From Marsupella aquatica (Eukaryota > Plantae > Marchantiophyta), in NCBI GenBank assembly GCA_973895155.1, contig OZ316893.1, positions 4,136,490-4,200,489 on the forward strand: 64,000 nucleotides of DNA, read 5' to 3'. The translations under genes were made by a program, and so were the position numbers. How positions within the stretch are numbered: position 1 is the stretch's first letter; each line of letters opens with the position of its first letter. Shown here piece by piece: positions 34,483 through 51,869 of the stretch. The notes beneath the pieces are model-generated. The model had not been told where the DNA came from and did no database searches. It saw nothing but the letters and a program-made list of their open reading frames with translations.

Positions 34483-37073
34483 CTAGCCCATTGCAGCCTT
34501 AAGGGCGTCTCCTGCCCCTTGGAAAAAGCACCATGAGAGTATAAAATCCGCGATAAATATGCAAACCAAAGAGATGACAACAGCCGAAGTTGTCGACTCT
34601 CCAACACCCTTCGCACCACCAGCTGTAGTGACACCCCATGCACAGCTTACGATTGAAATAATGCCACCAAAAACTATCGACTTGATAGTCGTGCTAATGA
34701 GATCCCATGGCTGCAAAGCCCTGGCAGCAGACTCGAGGATAATATTCGAACTAACACTATAAACAGAATCTGCTAGGAGAACGCTGGCCCCCATGCCAAC
34801 AGTAAAGCAGATGATGGTTAAGATGGGAAGAGATATACAACAGGCGATAACCCGAGGAGTAATCAAGTAATCCACCGGATCTGTTCTCAGCACCCTCAAA
34901 GTATCTGTTTGCTCAGACACCTGCATGCAAAAACCATTTGGCTATCAGGTTGAAGAATGACCAAAAATCCAATGTGATTTGTGAAGTCCTTCAGAGCGAC
35001 TTTCTACTGCAAAACTTCCCTGTCTCTACTTTTCTCATTTGTCAAAAACATAAGAGAAGAACTGGGTAGCCTTTCCTCCTTAGAAATTTATCAACAACCC
35101 AGACAATTAATCATTGCCATAGGTTCTAACCATACTTGTAGAACACCGCTTAAAAAAATGCCTTGTCAAATTAACACTTTTTCTGATAAAGGGATTTGCT
35201 ATCCAAACTGCATCTAGTTCGTAGCCACCGTCCTTGGATCATGATACTTTCCAATAAACCATTCGCCAAACTGCCCTTCATGCTGCCCCTCTTCAGTATA
35301 TGGTCAGTTCCAATGATGGCGACTATGAACTGGACGCAATTAAAATGGAAACACTACTTGAGGTATTCAATACTTCCAAGTCTCATCCAAGTGACAAAAG
35401 TCACTCATACGACTGCTCAAAAGAACCAAGTCTACGTAGCATGTACAGCAAACATTGGAAAGAAAATGTTTTAACAGACACACACACACACCCCGGGCCA
35501 CCGCACTCCACCCTCTGGCCGATAGCGCAACGCTCCAAGATTCCTCATTTTGAAAAAATAAATAAAAGACAATTGCAGATCAGCTGGAATCCCCAATGTA
35601 ACTCTGTGCTGCGAATCATGGGTCTTCCTGACAATGAGAGGTCGGGAAAATGCCTGACTTTTCCTAGAAAACTGACCTGCATTGTTCCAAGCTCAGCTGC
35701 AAAGGCACTACCCACACGGCCAGCCAGAATGATGGCAGTAACCACTGGTGAGAGCTCCCTTGCCAAAGCTAAGGCCAGCACACCTCCAACTGACCTGGTC
35801 AAACCCAACCTCGCAAATTCACGCACAAACTGTACATAGAGTGTGAGAATGAGTTGAACATGCACTAAATGCCCCTAGAAAAGTTATCTTCTCATCAAAA
35901 TAAAACGGAAAGAAAAAACGTAAAGCTGTGCTAACAACATCTGAAGGCTATCAAACGAAACATGGCATTCAAGTACTTGACTGAACAAGAGTTTTAGGGA
36001 GAACTTGCCTGGATCGTGAAGACCATCCCAACAAAAGATGCAGTTAGGAGACTAACACCCAGCGATCTGGGCCCCACATTTTCTAGTTGCTGTATTGAGT
36101 TCTTCACATGAACTTTTCCTTGAACAAGTCTCATAATCACCTGTTATCCCAATCTTCAAGTTTCAATTTGTTCTTCCCATGACAACCATGACACAAGAAG
36201 AAACACAATAGACAAAGAAAACTGTCAAGACTATCCTACAATCCAGAAGCAGAGCCTACCCAGCCAAGAAACTCCTATTGGGAAAAACAAAAGCCCTCGT
36301 ATGCTCTAAATAGAATCAAGGTTCTAATCCAACTCTCTCTTAAATAGGCCATCCACCATAATTCTTAAGAAATAACAAATAATTGGGTAACTCCCAATGA
36401 TATGACCTGGATCAAATTTGAAGACGCCATCATCACAAGCCTTAAAGCTCTTCACAATCAAAGTACACACCTGGCCGGCGAGGATAAGGCAAGCAACAGA
36501 TCTCCAAAGGTAGCGCGGCGGCTTCCAATTTGCAAGCAGTGCTATCTTCTGCATTGGCAGCTGAGTGATAGGCTTAGCTGCATCCACAGCAGAGTTGGGG
36601 ATAGGAGCACCATCCTCATGTTCGCCCACTGTGGCGTTTGTTCCAGATGCAATAGCACCAATCGTACACACAAATCTCCTCCTACTAGCAGCCGTAGCAT
36701 TTTCAATGCAACCGCTTGAAAATTCCAAAGTTGTGAACATCTTCTGCCCTAGCCCTTGAGCTCCCTTCCTAGTACACAGAACTCTTCCTCCCAAAGTCTT
36801 ACTTTTCCTTCCGACTGTCTGGGAGGGAGAGGGTGAAAGGTCGGAATGGCAGCAAGGAGCACATTGCTTTCGTAAATCCACATTACATGCCTGAAACCCC
36901 AAGAGGAGAGTGGGAGAGTAGTGCATAGAGCTCGTGAAACCCTTGGCTGAGGATGTACCGCAAGAATCCAAAACCGTTCTGCCCGTCTTGCTCTTCCATT
37001 CCACAAATGCACCAGAAGGGAGGCAGCAGACCCAATCTCTGGCGACTGTCATCAGACCCATCGTTTGAATCAT
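34483..37073 (-). CDS. TGD1: TRIGALACTOSYLDIACYLGLYCEROL 1, chloroplast lipid ABC transporter permease (MlaE family), 4 exons
   Basis: Exons ~37073-36471, 36140-36009, 35829-35677 and 34920-34483. Motifs: WKPPRYLWR, QQLENVGPRS, FVGMVFTIQFVREFARLGL, ARELSPVVT, GSAFAAELGTMQVSEQTDTLRVL, GGAKGVGESTTSAVV. The N-terminus is long and transit-peptide-like; the start codon is uncertain. Confidence 0.93.
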
Positions 37074-37939
37074 TGAGGTTTGTGTCTCTCCGTACAAGAG
37101 GCGACAGGGAGGATAAGACACATTCCTAAACTTGCATGATTACCAAATTGATTTGATCCTTCACCAACTGGTCGGCCAGCATGATTACACACCGCACGGG
37201 GTAATGGACATCCCCGAAAGATGTGCGGGCTCTTCTGACCAAGGTTGCTGTTTATTTCTCCGCATGCAGGGGAAGAAACCGGGCAAGATTATGCAGATCC
37301 TTACTGCATTTGTTTTCAGTTGCTGGTTGGACGACGAGTACCGGGATTTCCGATTGCCCCAGAGACGCTCCACTGAACTGCAGCAGCAATCACTGCAGAG
37401 ATTGCAGTAGCAATATAGATGTCAAATTCCAAGATCACTGAAAGCTCGAATGACTCGAGCACATACAGAGTCTTCGTAAAGGTAAGATTTCTGTGCCAAA
37501 CTTTGACAAACTGCTTAAACCTAGTAGGGCGGCATGGACGCGGGCAATTCGAAGAAGGTAAGGTATTAGCACGAATTTGAGATTAATCATGAAGGAACTC
37601 CAGAGTACCTTATTCCCAGACGACTGCCTGAAGCACTACGACGGCCATGGCTTGTTCGGGGGATTTAAACTGCATTCGACGCCCAGATCGAAGCTTCTCG
37701 GCACTTCAGCTCATTTTGCCAGCTCTCTTGATTGAAGCTTCCTTTTCTCACCATCACCCAGCTCCCTCCCGCGGCACGGTTCCACGATCGCCAGCCACCA
37801 ACGGACTGTACTGATCCATCCAACAACAAGGACCTGCTCGAATGCTCGACCCTGCTCATGCAGCGAACGACAGAACTGCTACTTACGCACCGACTGTGTG
37901 AATAGATGTGGAGCCAAGATTTCTTTCGAGAGTTAGAGG

Positions 37940-38896
37940 AAATGCTTGAACAGAGAACGCTTGACCTTACCATAGTGAGCAGAGAGCTTGAGAAAGTGCG
38001 TGAACAGAGAATGCTTGACCTTACCATAGTCAGCATAGAGCTTGAAAAAGTGCTTGAACAGGACATACTTGACCTTACCATAGTCAGCACAGAGCTTGAG
38101 AAAGTGCTTGAACAGAACATGCTTGACCTTACCATAGTGAGCAGAGAGTTTGACAAAGTGCTTGAACAGAACATGCTTGACCTTACCATAGTCAGCACAG
38201 AGCTTGAGAAGTGGTTGAACAGAACATGCTTGACCTTACCATAGTCAGCAGAGAGCTTGACAAAGTACTTGAACATAACATGCTTGACCTTACCATAGTC
38301 AGCAGAGAGCTTGAGAAAGTGCTTGAACAGAGAATGCTTGACCTTACCATAGTCAGCAGAGCGCTTGACAAAGTGCTTGAATAGAACATGCTTGACCTTA
38401 CCATAGTCAGCAGAGAGCTTGACAAAGTGCTTGAACAGAACATGCTTGACCTTACCATAGTCAGCAGAGAGCTTGACAAAGTGCTTGAACAGAACATGCA
38501 TGACCTTACCATAGTCAGCAGAGAGCTTGAGAAAGTGCTTGGACAGAGAATGCTTGACCGTACCATAGTCAGCAGAGAGCTTGACAAAGTGCTTGAATAG
38601 AACATGCTTGACCTTACCATAGTCAGCAGAGAGCTTGACAAAGTGCTTGAACAGAACATGCTTGACCTTACCATAGTCAGCAGAGAGCTTGACAAAGTGC
38701 TTGAACAGAACATGCATGACCTTACCATAGTCAGCAGAGAGCTTGAGAAAGTGCTTGGACAGAGAATGCTTGACAGGTACCATAGTCAGCAGAGAGCTTG
38801 ACAAAGTGCTTGAACAGAGAATGCTTGACCTTACCATAGTCAGCAGAGAGCTTGACAAAGTGCTTGAACAAAACATGCTTGACCTTACCATAGTCA
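37940..38896. repeat. 54-bp minisatellite, ~17-18 copies
   Basis: Unit is cttgaccttaccatagtcagcagagagcttgacaaagtgcttgaacagaacatg. It explains the repetitive ORFs on both strands. Confidence 0.95.
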
Positions 38897-40015
38897 AATT
38901 ACCTTGACATTTTTGTGTCATGCATGGGTAATGTTGCTGTAACAACAATAGTGCAATGCACTGGCGTTGGGCTATCAGTGTACATGGTCACAACAAAAAC
39001 ATACCCACAATGACAAGGACCCTAAACTTAGTTGCATGTTTTTACCTCTCCTCAGTATCTACACTGGGCTAGGAGAAAGAGAAATCTTGCAATGTTACAG
39101 CCATTTCCTCCCATCTACTACTATAATACTGTATCCCACCAAAAATTTCATCTCTACAAAATTAGAAAAAGCCAGAACCAATCCTGGCCCGTCATAAAAA
39201 ATTATTTTATGGCACCATCAGATCCATCCATATCCCCCTTTATCTCAATTGCCTCTGCCTGACCTGCCTGGAGCCTGCTTGCACCTGCCCAATATGGAAA
39301 AGTTAATTAAAATTTTTAAAAATTGGAAAATTAACTTGGAAAATTTTGAATAAGTTTGAGTTTAAATAAAATATAGGAAATACTTGTTTCTTCAAAAATT
39401 AAATGACAAGAGAAAAAATGAAACCAAAAGATTCCCCTCATGTCACACAGTTGTGCTTGGATGCTATCTTGCATCCCCTACACCCTCACACTTGCCCTCC
39501 CGGACCACAACACAATCATGTGACCAAAGACATTTTGTCTCACCTTGACATTTAAACTTGCGTCTACATTGTTGCCTTGCTTCGATATCTTTGTCTCTCC
39601 TCTACATGTTCTGTGGGCATTGGGCTCATAAAGGACAGAAATATAGAATAGTAAAATCTTGAAATGTTATGGGCATTCTCTTCCATAAAGAGTGGAAAAA
39701 TAGAAAGGGACAAATTAATCTTGCGCGTGTTCGTTTCCTGAAAGTAGAGAAAGTACAAAAAGAATAAATCTTGAAGGAATTCAAATTAGAGGTTCGAGCT
39801 CGCAGTCCTTCATACAAGCCTTGGGATGCAGAATCAGCATTCAGCAGCATCGCCCGGACAATAGATCAGATAGCATTCAGATCTTGCAATAGACTTGCAA
39901 TAGACTTGCAGAAGCTGGAGAGATCTTTGGCACTTTGCCGTGAAAAAGTTCAGTAAATTTCGTTACAGAGAAACAGCAGACGAGCCTGGAGAGATCATCG
40001 TCTTGAAGAGAAGAA

Positions 40016-43367
<3,352 letters not shown>

Positions 43368-46169
43368 GACATGACTTTCTCTTTCCGTTTCATCCAATAA
43401 TTGTTAAGGTTTCCATTTGGTTTTGAATGATCATGAGTTGAATTTCTCAGTTTACGGAGTTAGTGACTTTGGAGTAGGAACAGTCAAACAAATTTTATTC
43501 ATGAAGGTTGTACAAGTTTGTGGTTCAACTCCCCTGACTAACTAAGGACCTTGCAGGTACCACCTGAGCCTGAATTGGATGCCGAGGGCAGGTATATGCA
43601 ATAGTGGCATTTAAGCAATTTTGCCAGTTGCAGAGATTGAATTAATAATCTACATCTCTTTGTTTTTTTATCTTCGAACTGCGGTGTTGGTGGACATTCG
43701 ACTCCTTGTCGAGGTACTGCTTCATCGTAAGTACTAACAACAGTGTCGTTTTGCTTTGCACCCAGACCGGTGCAAGCCACCATTCAACCCCCAGCTCGCC
43801 GTCGAATAAAGTGGAACGGAGGGGATTGGCGTCGTTCATAGGATGGAAATGCCTGACCTCATTCCAACGCAGTCTCGGCAGTAAAACCTTCCCCATTGAG
43901 CTGGTGTTTTCTTTCCAAGCAGGAGCTTGGACGTGGGTTTTGACGTACTCTCTCTGTCTTTGTATCAGAGTTTCAGTTACACATCTTGCTTCACTGGCAA
44001 GACGGCTACGAAGACCAGTTTCTGTGGACATTTTCCATAGATCGAGCTTACATCTAATAAGTTCCGTGAGATTGCTGCCAGCACTCATGAGGAAAAATAG
44101 GTTTAATGGATGTTTGATTCAATGCGTAGGTCACGTGTTGAATAGAACGAAACCATAGTCTGGGGTAACAATCCTCCCTTGAAAGTTTTCGAACACAAGC
44201 GGAATTGATGCATAGAAACTCAAAGGTAGGTGGAAACGGTCAATTCAACTGGATCGGATCAGATTTCTGCTCATTGCATAAGTTTGTTGAACTGCGCAGG
44301 CCCACTGTAGACCAGCAATAGGCTGCCGTGGAGGTAGTGTGCAACAGTGTACCGTCTATGCCCCAAAGGTGAGACGTAATGCACTCTATAGTCACGACAC
44401 CATAGCCACCACACCTTGAACTCGAAAGGCTCAACATTGAAACATGGAATTTTTGGAACCACCACAAAAGGATAAGTACCTTGCACACAAAGTACCATTC
44501 ACATAGTACATATATGAAAGCCCTAAACCCAGATTTATATGGTACTACTTAGAGTGTTGGGACCCAGGGGATGGCAAGGAGGGGATGTGGAGGAAAGAGG
44601 AGGGAAAAGGTAAGAAAGGGATAGACAAGGGGAGAAAAGAAAAAGAGAATGGCAGGAGAGGGCCAGACGAAGAAAACATGACTAGTAGCTTTGCTTTACC
44701 TGCCCTTGTGCCTGAATTAGCCTTGCTTTGGCTCTAGCTCCAACTTTTGCCCCTACTTTCCCTCGCCACCTAAGCCTTCTATTCCTTCTTTCAACCTGCA
44801 CTCATTGGCATCATTTGGCAAACCCTGCTTTCCCTCTGAAGCCAATTTTACAACGACTCACATTTTTTATACAATGACCAAACTCTCCACAATGACACTA
44901 ATTCTGTGCCAACACACTTCCCCAGCTACAACCCAACCAGAACAACTATGTAGGCATGGGCATTGGCTAGTTTTGCTAGTATTGAGTTCAATTTTTTGGT
45001 TGCAGTAAAACGAGTGCAATACAGGGGCAAAGTGCCAGTTTTCAATAACCATTACTTTCCTGGCTGGGTTCTGGCCGCAACAAAAGCTGCATACACAGCA
45101 CACAAGCATTGGGCTTGTTTTCAATCATGAATTTACTATTTTGCCTAACCTAGTTGTCATCATGTATATAACATATCATTATGGGCCATGATGCCCAAAA
45201 CAAGAGGGCTTTAACTCAGTTACCAGTAGGGTGTTATTATGGCCCAAAACAATCCCTTAACATGAAGGAATGTTTTAAAAGCCTAAAAGATTTCTTTTTT
45301 TTTGCCATTAGGCAAAAGTAGAGGAGAATTTACTAAAGTCCAGAATTGGATATACATTCTTCTCCATAAAACACTCAAATTAACAAAGAGAAAAGTCATG
45401 AAGGGCATTAAGTACATAGTAATGGCATTGTGCCATAATGCCCCCGAAACTAGTCTTCATTTTAAGTTGGGGGGGTTATTATTGCCCGTAGTGCTTTGGT
45501 AAGAGGACCTTAGTACACTCAAATCTAAAAAGACTTTTACTATTTTTAGTAAAAGCTAATGAGAATTTTCATATTGAGCTGATCCAAATATTGCCATCAT
45601 AAACAAATACCCTGACAATCACAAATATATAAATCACTAGGGCATTAAAGTATCTAGTAAAGTAATATTTACAAGGCATTGTATGGAAGTAGAGGTTTGC
45701 TCTGAAGCCCGCATGGATGTCCACAGCTTGGATGGACTGGTACAGAATGTCTCAATCGACTCCAGCAATATCCTATTATGGTGTGGATTGAAATCTCACC
45801 TATGAACAGACTCTTGACCATGTGCAAGGGTTTTTGTAGTTTACCTAGTGATAAGTTGCTCCTCAAGCCCAACCTACTTGGGGTGTCTGTGTCGCAAACT
45901 GAAGCGTCCTTCCCAAAAGTGTTATTTTGTCACAAAGCCAGGACATTAAGAATAGTATATTGTCTTGATTAAAGGACCCTCTAAAACAAGGGTCATAGCC
46001 CAACTTTTAGTTACCTAGGCATTCTTTTCATTATGTTTATAACTAGTATATTAACATCTGTAAAAATTTGAGTGATTTTTTGATAACACACAAGAAAAAC
46101 TGAATCTAAGAAAATTTGAATATATGAGATAGAAAATTGTAATTAAAGGGCCATGCAAGAAATGATGAA

Positions 46170-46600
46170 ACTCAAGCCAGGATGGACCACCATGTTGGAC
46201 ATTGTGCTCCCATTGACCACATATTGTTGGTCCTTTGGAGCTTGGGGCCATAACTTGAAATTTATGAGTCCTAAATTAAATTTTAGTTTTGCACCTGCAA
46301 GGCAGCTAGAGTAAAGAGGAGACTTGAAAAAAAAAAAAACAATCCTAGGTATTTCACATTAAACACAATCAAAATTAATCTAATGAAAATTACCACCCTG
46401 AAAAGTTTTGATGAAAAATTACAACCAAAATCCCCAAAAATTCACTGTCACTTTGACAGAAATGTAAGTTACCTACTCCTCTAGCATATCCCCCAAAACT
46501 AAATATATTTGAATTATAAATATGAAATTATTATAATTAAGCTCAAATTTTGGGAAATGTGGTCCATGGGGTTTTAAAGACCACCCTTGTGGTACACAGG
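46170..46600 (+). repeat. Dispersed repeat copy 2 (same family as 25510-25905)
   Basis: Colinear shared blocks with 25510-25905. Confidence 0.65.
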
Positions 46601-47549
46601 CCTTCAGATTCAAGAAGTATTAGGAGAAATAAATTAAAAACAAATCTTGTAATCTTGTGATAGTATATTTGTGTTTTATAGTTCTACGAGCCCTGTGCCT
46701 GTGCGTTTGCACGGCGCAAGGAGAGCTGGTACATAGTGAGTTGGGCCGGGGCATATATGGGGCAAAGTGAGAAGCACATATGTGCCAGGGGTGCCCATTA
46801 CTTCATCAATGGTCAGGAAAAGAGTCAAACTAATCCAACCTCTGTGAATCTTTCCCACCCAGGAGCTGCTTTGTATTGGGAAGAAAGACTAAAAACCGTG
46901 GGATCTTTTATTATAGTATAGTTCGGATTGGGATCTTTGATTATAGTTGTAGATGGAAAAATGCACTCAAAAATAGAAATAGAAAGGGACATTAACAAAA
47001 AAGTTTTTACGGTTTCACGACTGTTTGCTCTCCTAGGAGTTCTGGCATTCAGCTAAACAACTGTGATGACATTTTGGTCTATGTCCTCCTGTGGATGTTC
47101 GAGGATTGAAAAGTGCACTGAAAACTCCAATTCCGATTGTTCTCGTCGTCGCCTGTCTGCTAAGTGAATCAATTGCTTGACACAGAGTGATTGTGTAGGA
47201 AGTTTCAACTCAGAGCAAAACGCTACAGTTTCGTGCATTTCGACGTCGGTTTCCTGTCGTTGCGAAGATAATGGGGCGATGGAAAGAGGATGCAAATTCT
47301 CCTCCGCCTCGTTGTTTGTCACCGTTCTGCTTCAGTCATTTGACATAGCCTCTGTTGACATAGCCTGCGTTGGAATTTCAGCGATTGGCGCAAACCCTAG
47401 TTTGCGTTGAATTTCGGAACAAGGACGTGCACTGAAGTCATCCTGTTCAGCTCTCGACGCCACTTTTCTTCATTCGACTGTCGTCTCGTCTCCTCTCCCG
47501 TTCTCCAGTTTCCGCTCCTGTTAACTGCTTTCCTGTCCTCGGGGCCAAC

Positions 47550-48304
47550 ATGGCGGACAAGGACGAGCCAGAGCCGAAGGATGTGAAGCTCGTGAAAGCG
47601 ATTCTACGGTCCATGGGAGTGCAGCAGTATGAGCCGCGGGTGGTCAACCAGTTTATGGAGTTCTGGTATCGGTACGTGGTAGAGGTCCTGGGAGACGCTC
47701 AGGTCTACTCCGAGCACGCTGGCAAGGGAGCACTGGACTGCGACGACGTGAAATTGGCCATCCAATCGCGCGTCAATTTCACCTTCTGGCAACCACCTCC
47801 TCGTGAGGTACCTTCGATGAAACCTAAACCGTGACTTCCTTTCAATGCGCACAAAATTGTTTCAGGAAAGTAGCTTTTGGATTTGCTGAATCTGTTGAAC
47901 CTGGAAGTTCGAGTTTTTCTTTTTTGGACCGAAGAGGCTTCAATCTTTATTAAGCACGAATCACCGCAATGAATTAAACCTGGAAAGTTGATTGTCAAAT
48001 ACAGACTTTGCTAGAGCTGGCCAAAATTCGGAATAGCATTCCTCTGCCCAAGGTTATTGGTGGACCTGGATTAGCTCTACCTCCTGAAGAAGACATTCTG
48101 ATTGCTCCAACTTACCAGCTAGATGTACCAACTCGTTCAGCTCAAGACTTTGATATGGAAAATGAAGATGAAGATGACGACAATGAGCGCATACCTGACT
48201 CTGACAAGGATGCCAATTCGTCACAACCAAGCTCTGTTCGGAAAGCGGATCAGGATGGTCGAAAAGTGTCTTTCTCTTTAGCTGCAAAGCGGCCGAAGAG
48301 TTAA
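47550..48304 (+). CDS. TAF9: Transcription initiation factor TFIID subunit 9, 2 exons
   Basis: Exons 47550-47807 and 48005-48304. TAF9 histone fold: [25 protein letters not shown]...[11 protein letters not shown]...DDVKLAIQ...[19 protein letters not shown]. Acidic C-terminal tail. Confidence 0.95.
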
Positions 48305-49425
48305 GAAGAGGAGCTCTCCTGTCTATGTTTCACGAAATCTTGATACTCTAAGATACGAGGGCCGTCAGGAAATATATTGGTGTTGCACGCATTCATATGT
48401 ATTGGATCTTAAGAGGGTTCCTTATACTATCTTGTGCACTGCGAGGCATTGGAGGCGGAGTAGCAGGAAGTTTTGAAGCCGATAAAAGAAAACTCGCCTG
48501 TCAGCTATGGGGCCGTTTCTGTAATTGAACAGAGAACTAGCAGGACATTGCTAGGGCATCTTGTTGTATTCATGGTCGCACGGTTTGTGTTATGTAGAAT
48601 CAACTTGAAGGTGACCCTGTTACTGGTACTGCCAGTAGTCCCATCCGGTGTCCTAGTTACTTTCTTCAAATGGGGCATTGGGGCATTGGGGCTTTCGCAG
48701 AACAGCTAAAGCAGTGGATGGTGAAGACCTGGAGTTAATATGCTGGGAAGTTTATCGTCTCCTTCTAGAAAGCAGGACAATCTTCACTGATTGAACTTGG
48801 AAAGGGCTTTGCAATGCAGAAGCGCAATGGTCATATCTGAGTTTGCAGGACACTGTCAGGGACTTCTCGAGCAAGAATTTGTATCGGTGTAATCCTCGAA
48901 TTATGAAGTAGGAACTTGCGTTTTACAGCTCAAAAGTAATCTCCTTATGCACGTTCCTTTACTTGACTATGTGTGCTGTCCCATTATATTCCTGGAGCAG
49001 AAGACTGTTGAACTAACTTGTGGAATGTGGAGTCTCATCTATGATATAGTGAACAACCTGGTGGTACTTGCTCCAAGACGGTTATGGCCCCCGTTCTTGC
49101 TCATGTGAACACCCTGAACAAGAAATGTTACATGATGCTAGCAAAACATTCTACTTCAGAGTTCTCCCTTCGGAAATGTTACATAGCCTGAACAAGAGAG
49201 ATTATATTGTGCTTGCAAAGCATGCATTTCATAGCGACTGGGTAGAATGTAAACAAATGGAATGCCCTTCAGGAGTGCACATTTTCAAAGCTACACTAGT
49301 TGCAGCAACCCTCAATAGGAGCCAGATGTGAGCTCCTCACAACGCACTGGCCAAGAGACTTAGCAAAAGCTCCTTTTCAAAAGTTCTTTTGAGAAAGTTC
49401 TTTTGAAAGAATTGGTATTCACAAT

Positions 49426-50090
49426 CTAGCCCAATGTTTGTGGGTCGCTCAAAAGATGTTTGAGGTAAACACAAGATGTTTGAGGTAAACACAAAAGATG
49501 TCGAGGTAGAAAACATTGAGTTGAGAAAAGATGTTCAGGTAAAAAAGGTTGAGGTGAGGACAAATCTAGAGGCCACAAAAAAGATGGTGGGGAGAGAAAA
49601 GTTGACTGAATGAAGAAAATATGTTGAGGAGAGAAAATATAATGATGGTGGGGAGAGAAAAGATGATGAAATGAAGAAAATATAGAGGTGAGAAAATGAT
49701 GGTGGGGAGAGAAAAGATGGCGAAGTGAATGAAATTTGTTGAGGAGAAAAAATATATGGTGGTGTGATAAAGATGTCAAGGTAAAAAAGCATAAGGTAAA
49801 AAATATGAGTAAAAAAACATGAGGAGATGAGAAATAGAAGCGAAATGTCGAAGTGAAAAAAGATGTCAACCATGGTAAGAAAAACTATCAAAGAGAGAAA
49901 AAAATATCAGGGAGAGGAAAATATCAAGAGAAAAAATATATCAAGAGAAAAAAATGATCGTAGTGACATAAAGATATCAATGTGAAAAATGAGGTCAAAC
50001 AAGTTAAAGATGGTCATGAAAGACAAATATGTAAAGATTAAAAAAATTTAAGACAAGAAAATATGTCAAGGCTAAGGAGAAACATACAAG
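49426..50090 (+). repeat. Purine-rich low-complexity repeat tract (aaaagatgtcaag / gatggtggggagagaaaa units)
   Basis: Visible degenerate units. The reverse-complement type of tract occurs at ~51700-51809 and 58763-59215. Confidence 0.6.
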
Positions 50091-51869
50091 ATTTGTGATA
50101 TAATTATTGAGACATATTTTGTGTGATCACAACCACACACTTGTTATAGTTGTATTCAATAATTCACTTGCTTTACATACAAATGGAGACATGACATAGT
50201 GGTCAATGCATCATAGTACATCATAGCTATCCAAGTACAACTGAGTGACTCTTTAAAGTATGTTTTTTGGGGTTTAAATTTGTAAAAAAATAAATTCTTG
50301 TATATTTAAATTATATTAAAAAAATTCAAAATTTTCATAAAGATTTCTACAGTTTTCAAATTAAATTTAGACAATTTATACGTAAATTTAATTATTTTTT
50401 GATTAGGTTTTTTTTAATCTTGGGCAGGTGAGAGCAGGCTAAAAGGGAACTGGCAGACATTTATTTTAGATGGGGTGTATGGATAGATCTGCAGGTGTCA
50501 AATAAATATTTTCATGATTGGTTCAAGTTTCTTCTTCTTGCTTGGAAAATAGTACATATCAAATATAAGTCACTTTTGGTTTATTGTCCACTTTTTCAAG
50601 TTTTCAATTTTTCCACCCAATATAAGTTAAGTTCATCAAATGTGAGGTTTGAGGACTCCTATTAGGATCTGTTTTTTTTTCAAAGGGCTCACATATTCAC
50701 TATTCTACATAGGGCTAAGGAGGGTTAGTGTTAGGCTTCTAATCAAATTCCTTTGCTTGACCCTCCTATCCAATTCATTTCAAAGTATAGGGCTCTTCAT
50801 TTTGCCAATACGTAGGACTTAGTGATCTTTGATTGGGTCTCTTGTTTCTTTGATTGTGTCTCTTGTCTGTGGGATCATGTTTCCCTATTGGGCGCCATAA
50901 TTCATTTTTGAGCACTCTCATCTACATCTATAATACTCAATCCTGCCAGATTTAGTCCGTTGTCCCTTAGTTTACAAAACCAGGTCTGGGTGGGAATGAT
51001 AAGCAACCATTAGATCATGAGCAAGGTTTTTAATTACCGTTGGATTGTGAAGTTAAATGCTTAACCCTTGACCTGACCGGATGAAAGGATGAAGGACAAA
51101 GACTAACCAGGCCCTAATGATAATGGGTCAAGGACTAAGGACAAAGATGAGGGATGCCCTGACCAGGGTGACACCTGCCCTCCCACATCCATGCCTAATC
51201 CAGCCATAGACTCAGGAAAACTGGCCTTATCAATGCCTTGGCCCATGGACTCACGGGTACGTCAGTGAGTCAGTACTCATTTTCAATTTTACTATTCTAG
51301 GCTCATACCATAGGGATGTGAATGTGCTCCTGCTAAAAGAGAGCCGGGGATTCCTATTAGAGAAAGGCAAACCTTTAATGGTTTTATAAACCTCACTAAC
51401 TGACCCTTATTCCTGACAGTTTTTATAAAGCACTCTTGGATAATAGTTTCTTTTTAATTAGTTGAGCCTTTTCTTTTTTCAACTTTGAAATATCTGAGCC
51501 AAAAATTAAATAGAATCTCATTCTAAACCAATTAATGTTGGACAATAACATCACATGATATCCCTATTTAGACCCTTGGATTATGGATTTTGGTTGGCCC
51601 CTCAAGATTACTTTGCATTTAGACACTAAAGCCATTAGTTGGTCGTTGATTGTCACGTTTATAGCTCACCAAGTTATCATGCATGATTCATTAGTCAGTT
51701 TTATATACCTTGCCAAAAGTGGTATCTTCATATATATTTTTCTCTCTTTCAAATTTTTTTTCTCCTCATCTTTTGCTCACCTTGACATTTTTTTCCTTGA
51801 CATATTTCATGTTGAGCATAGACAACATTCGCAACGGCAAGCCCATGAACCATCCAACACACAAGAGTC

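Noticed and set aside
37940-38896. CRISPR array or a 427-aa repeat protein gene
   Set aside because: The units are contiguous with no unique spacers, there are no cas genes and the context is eukaryotic. The long ORF changes repeat frame at indels, as expected for a stop-poor minisatellite.
49426-49891. Phe/Ser/His-rich ORFs (also 58793-59110)
   Set aside because: They are products of low-complexity purine/pyrimidine tracts with no domain features.
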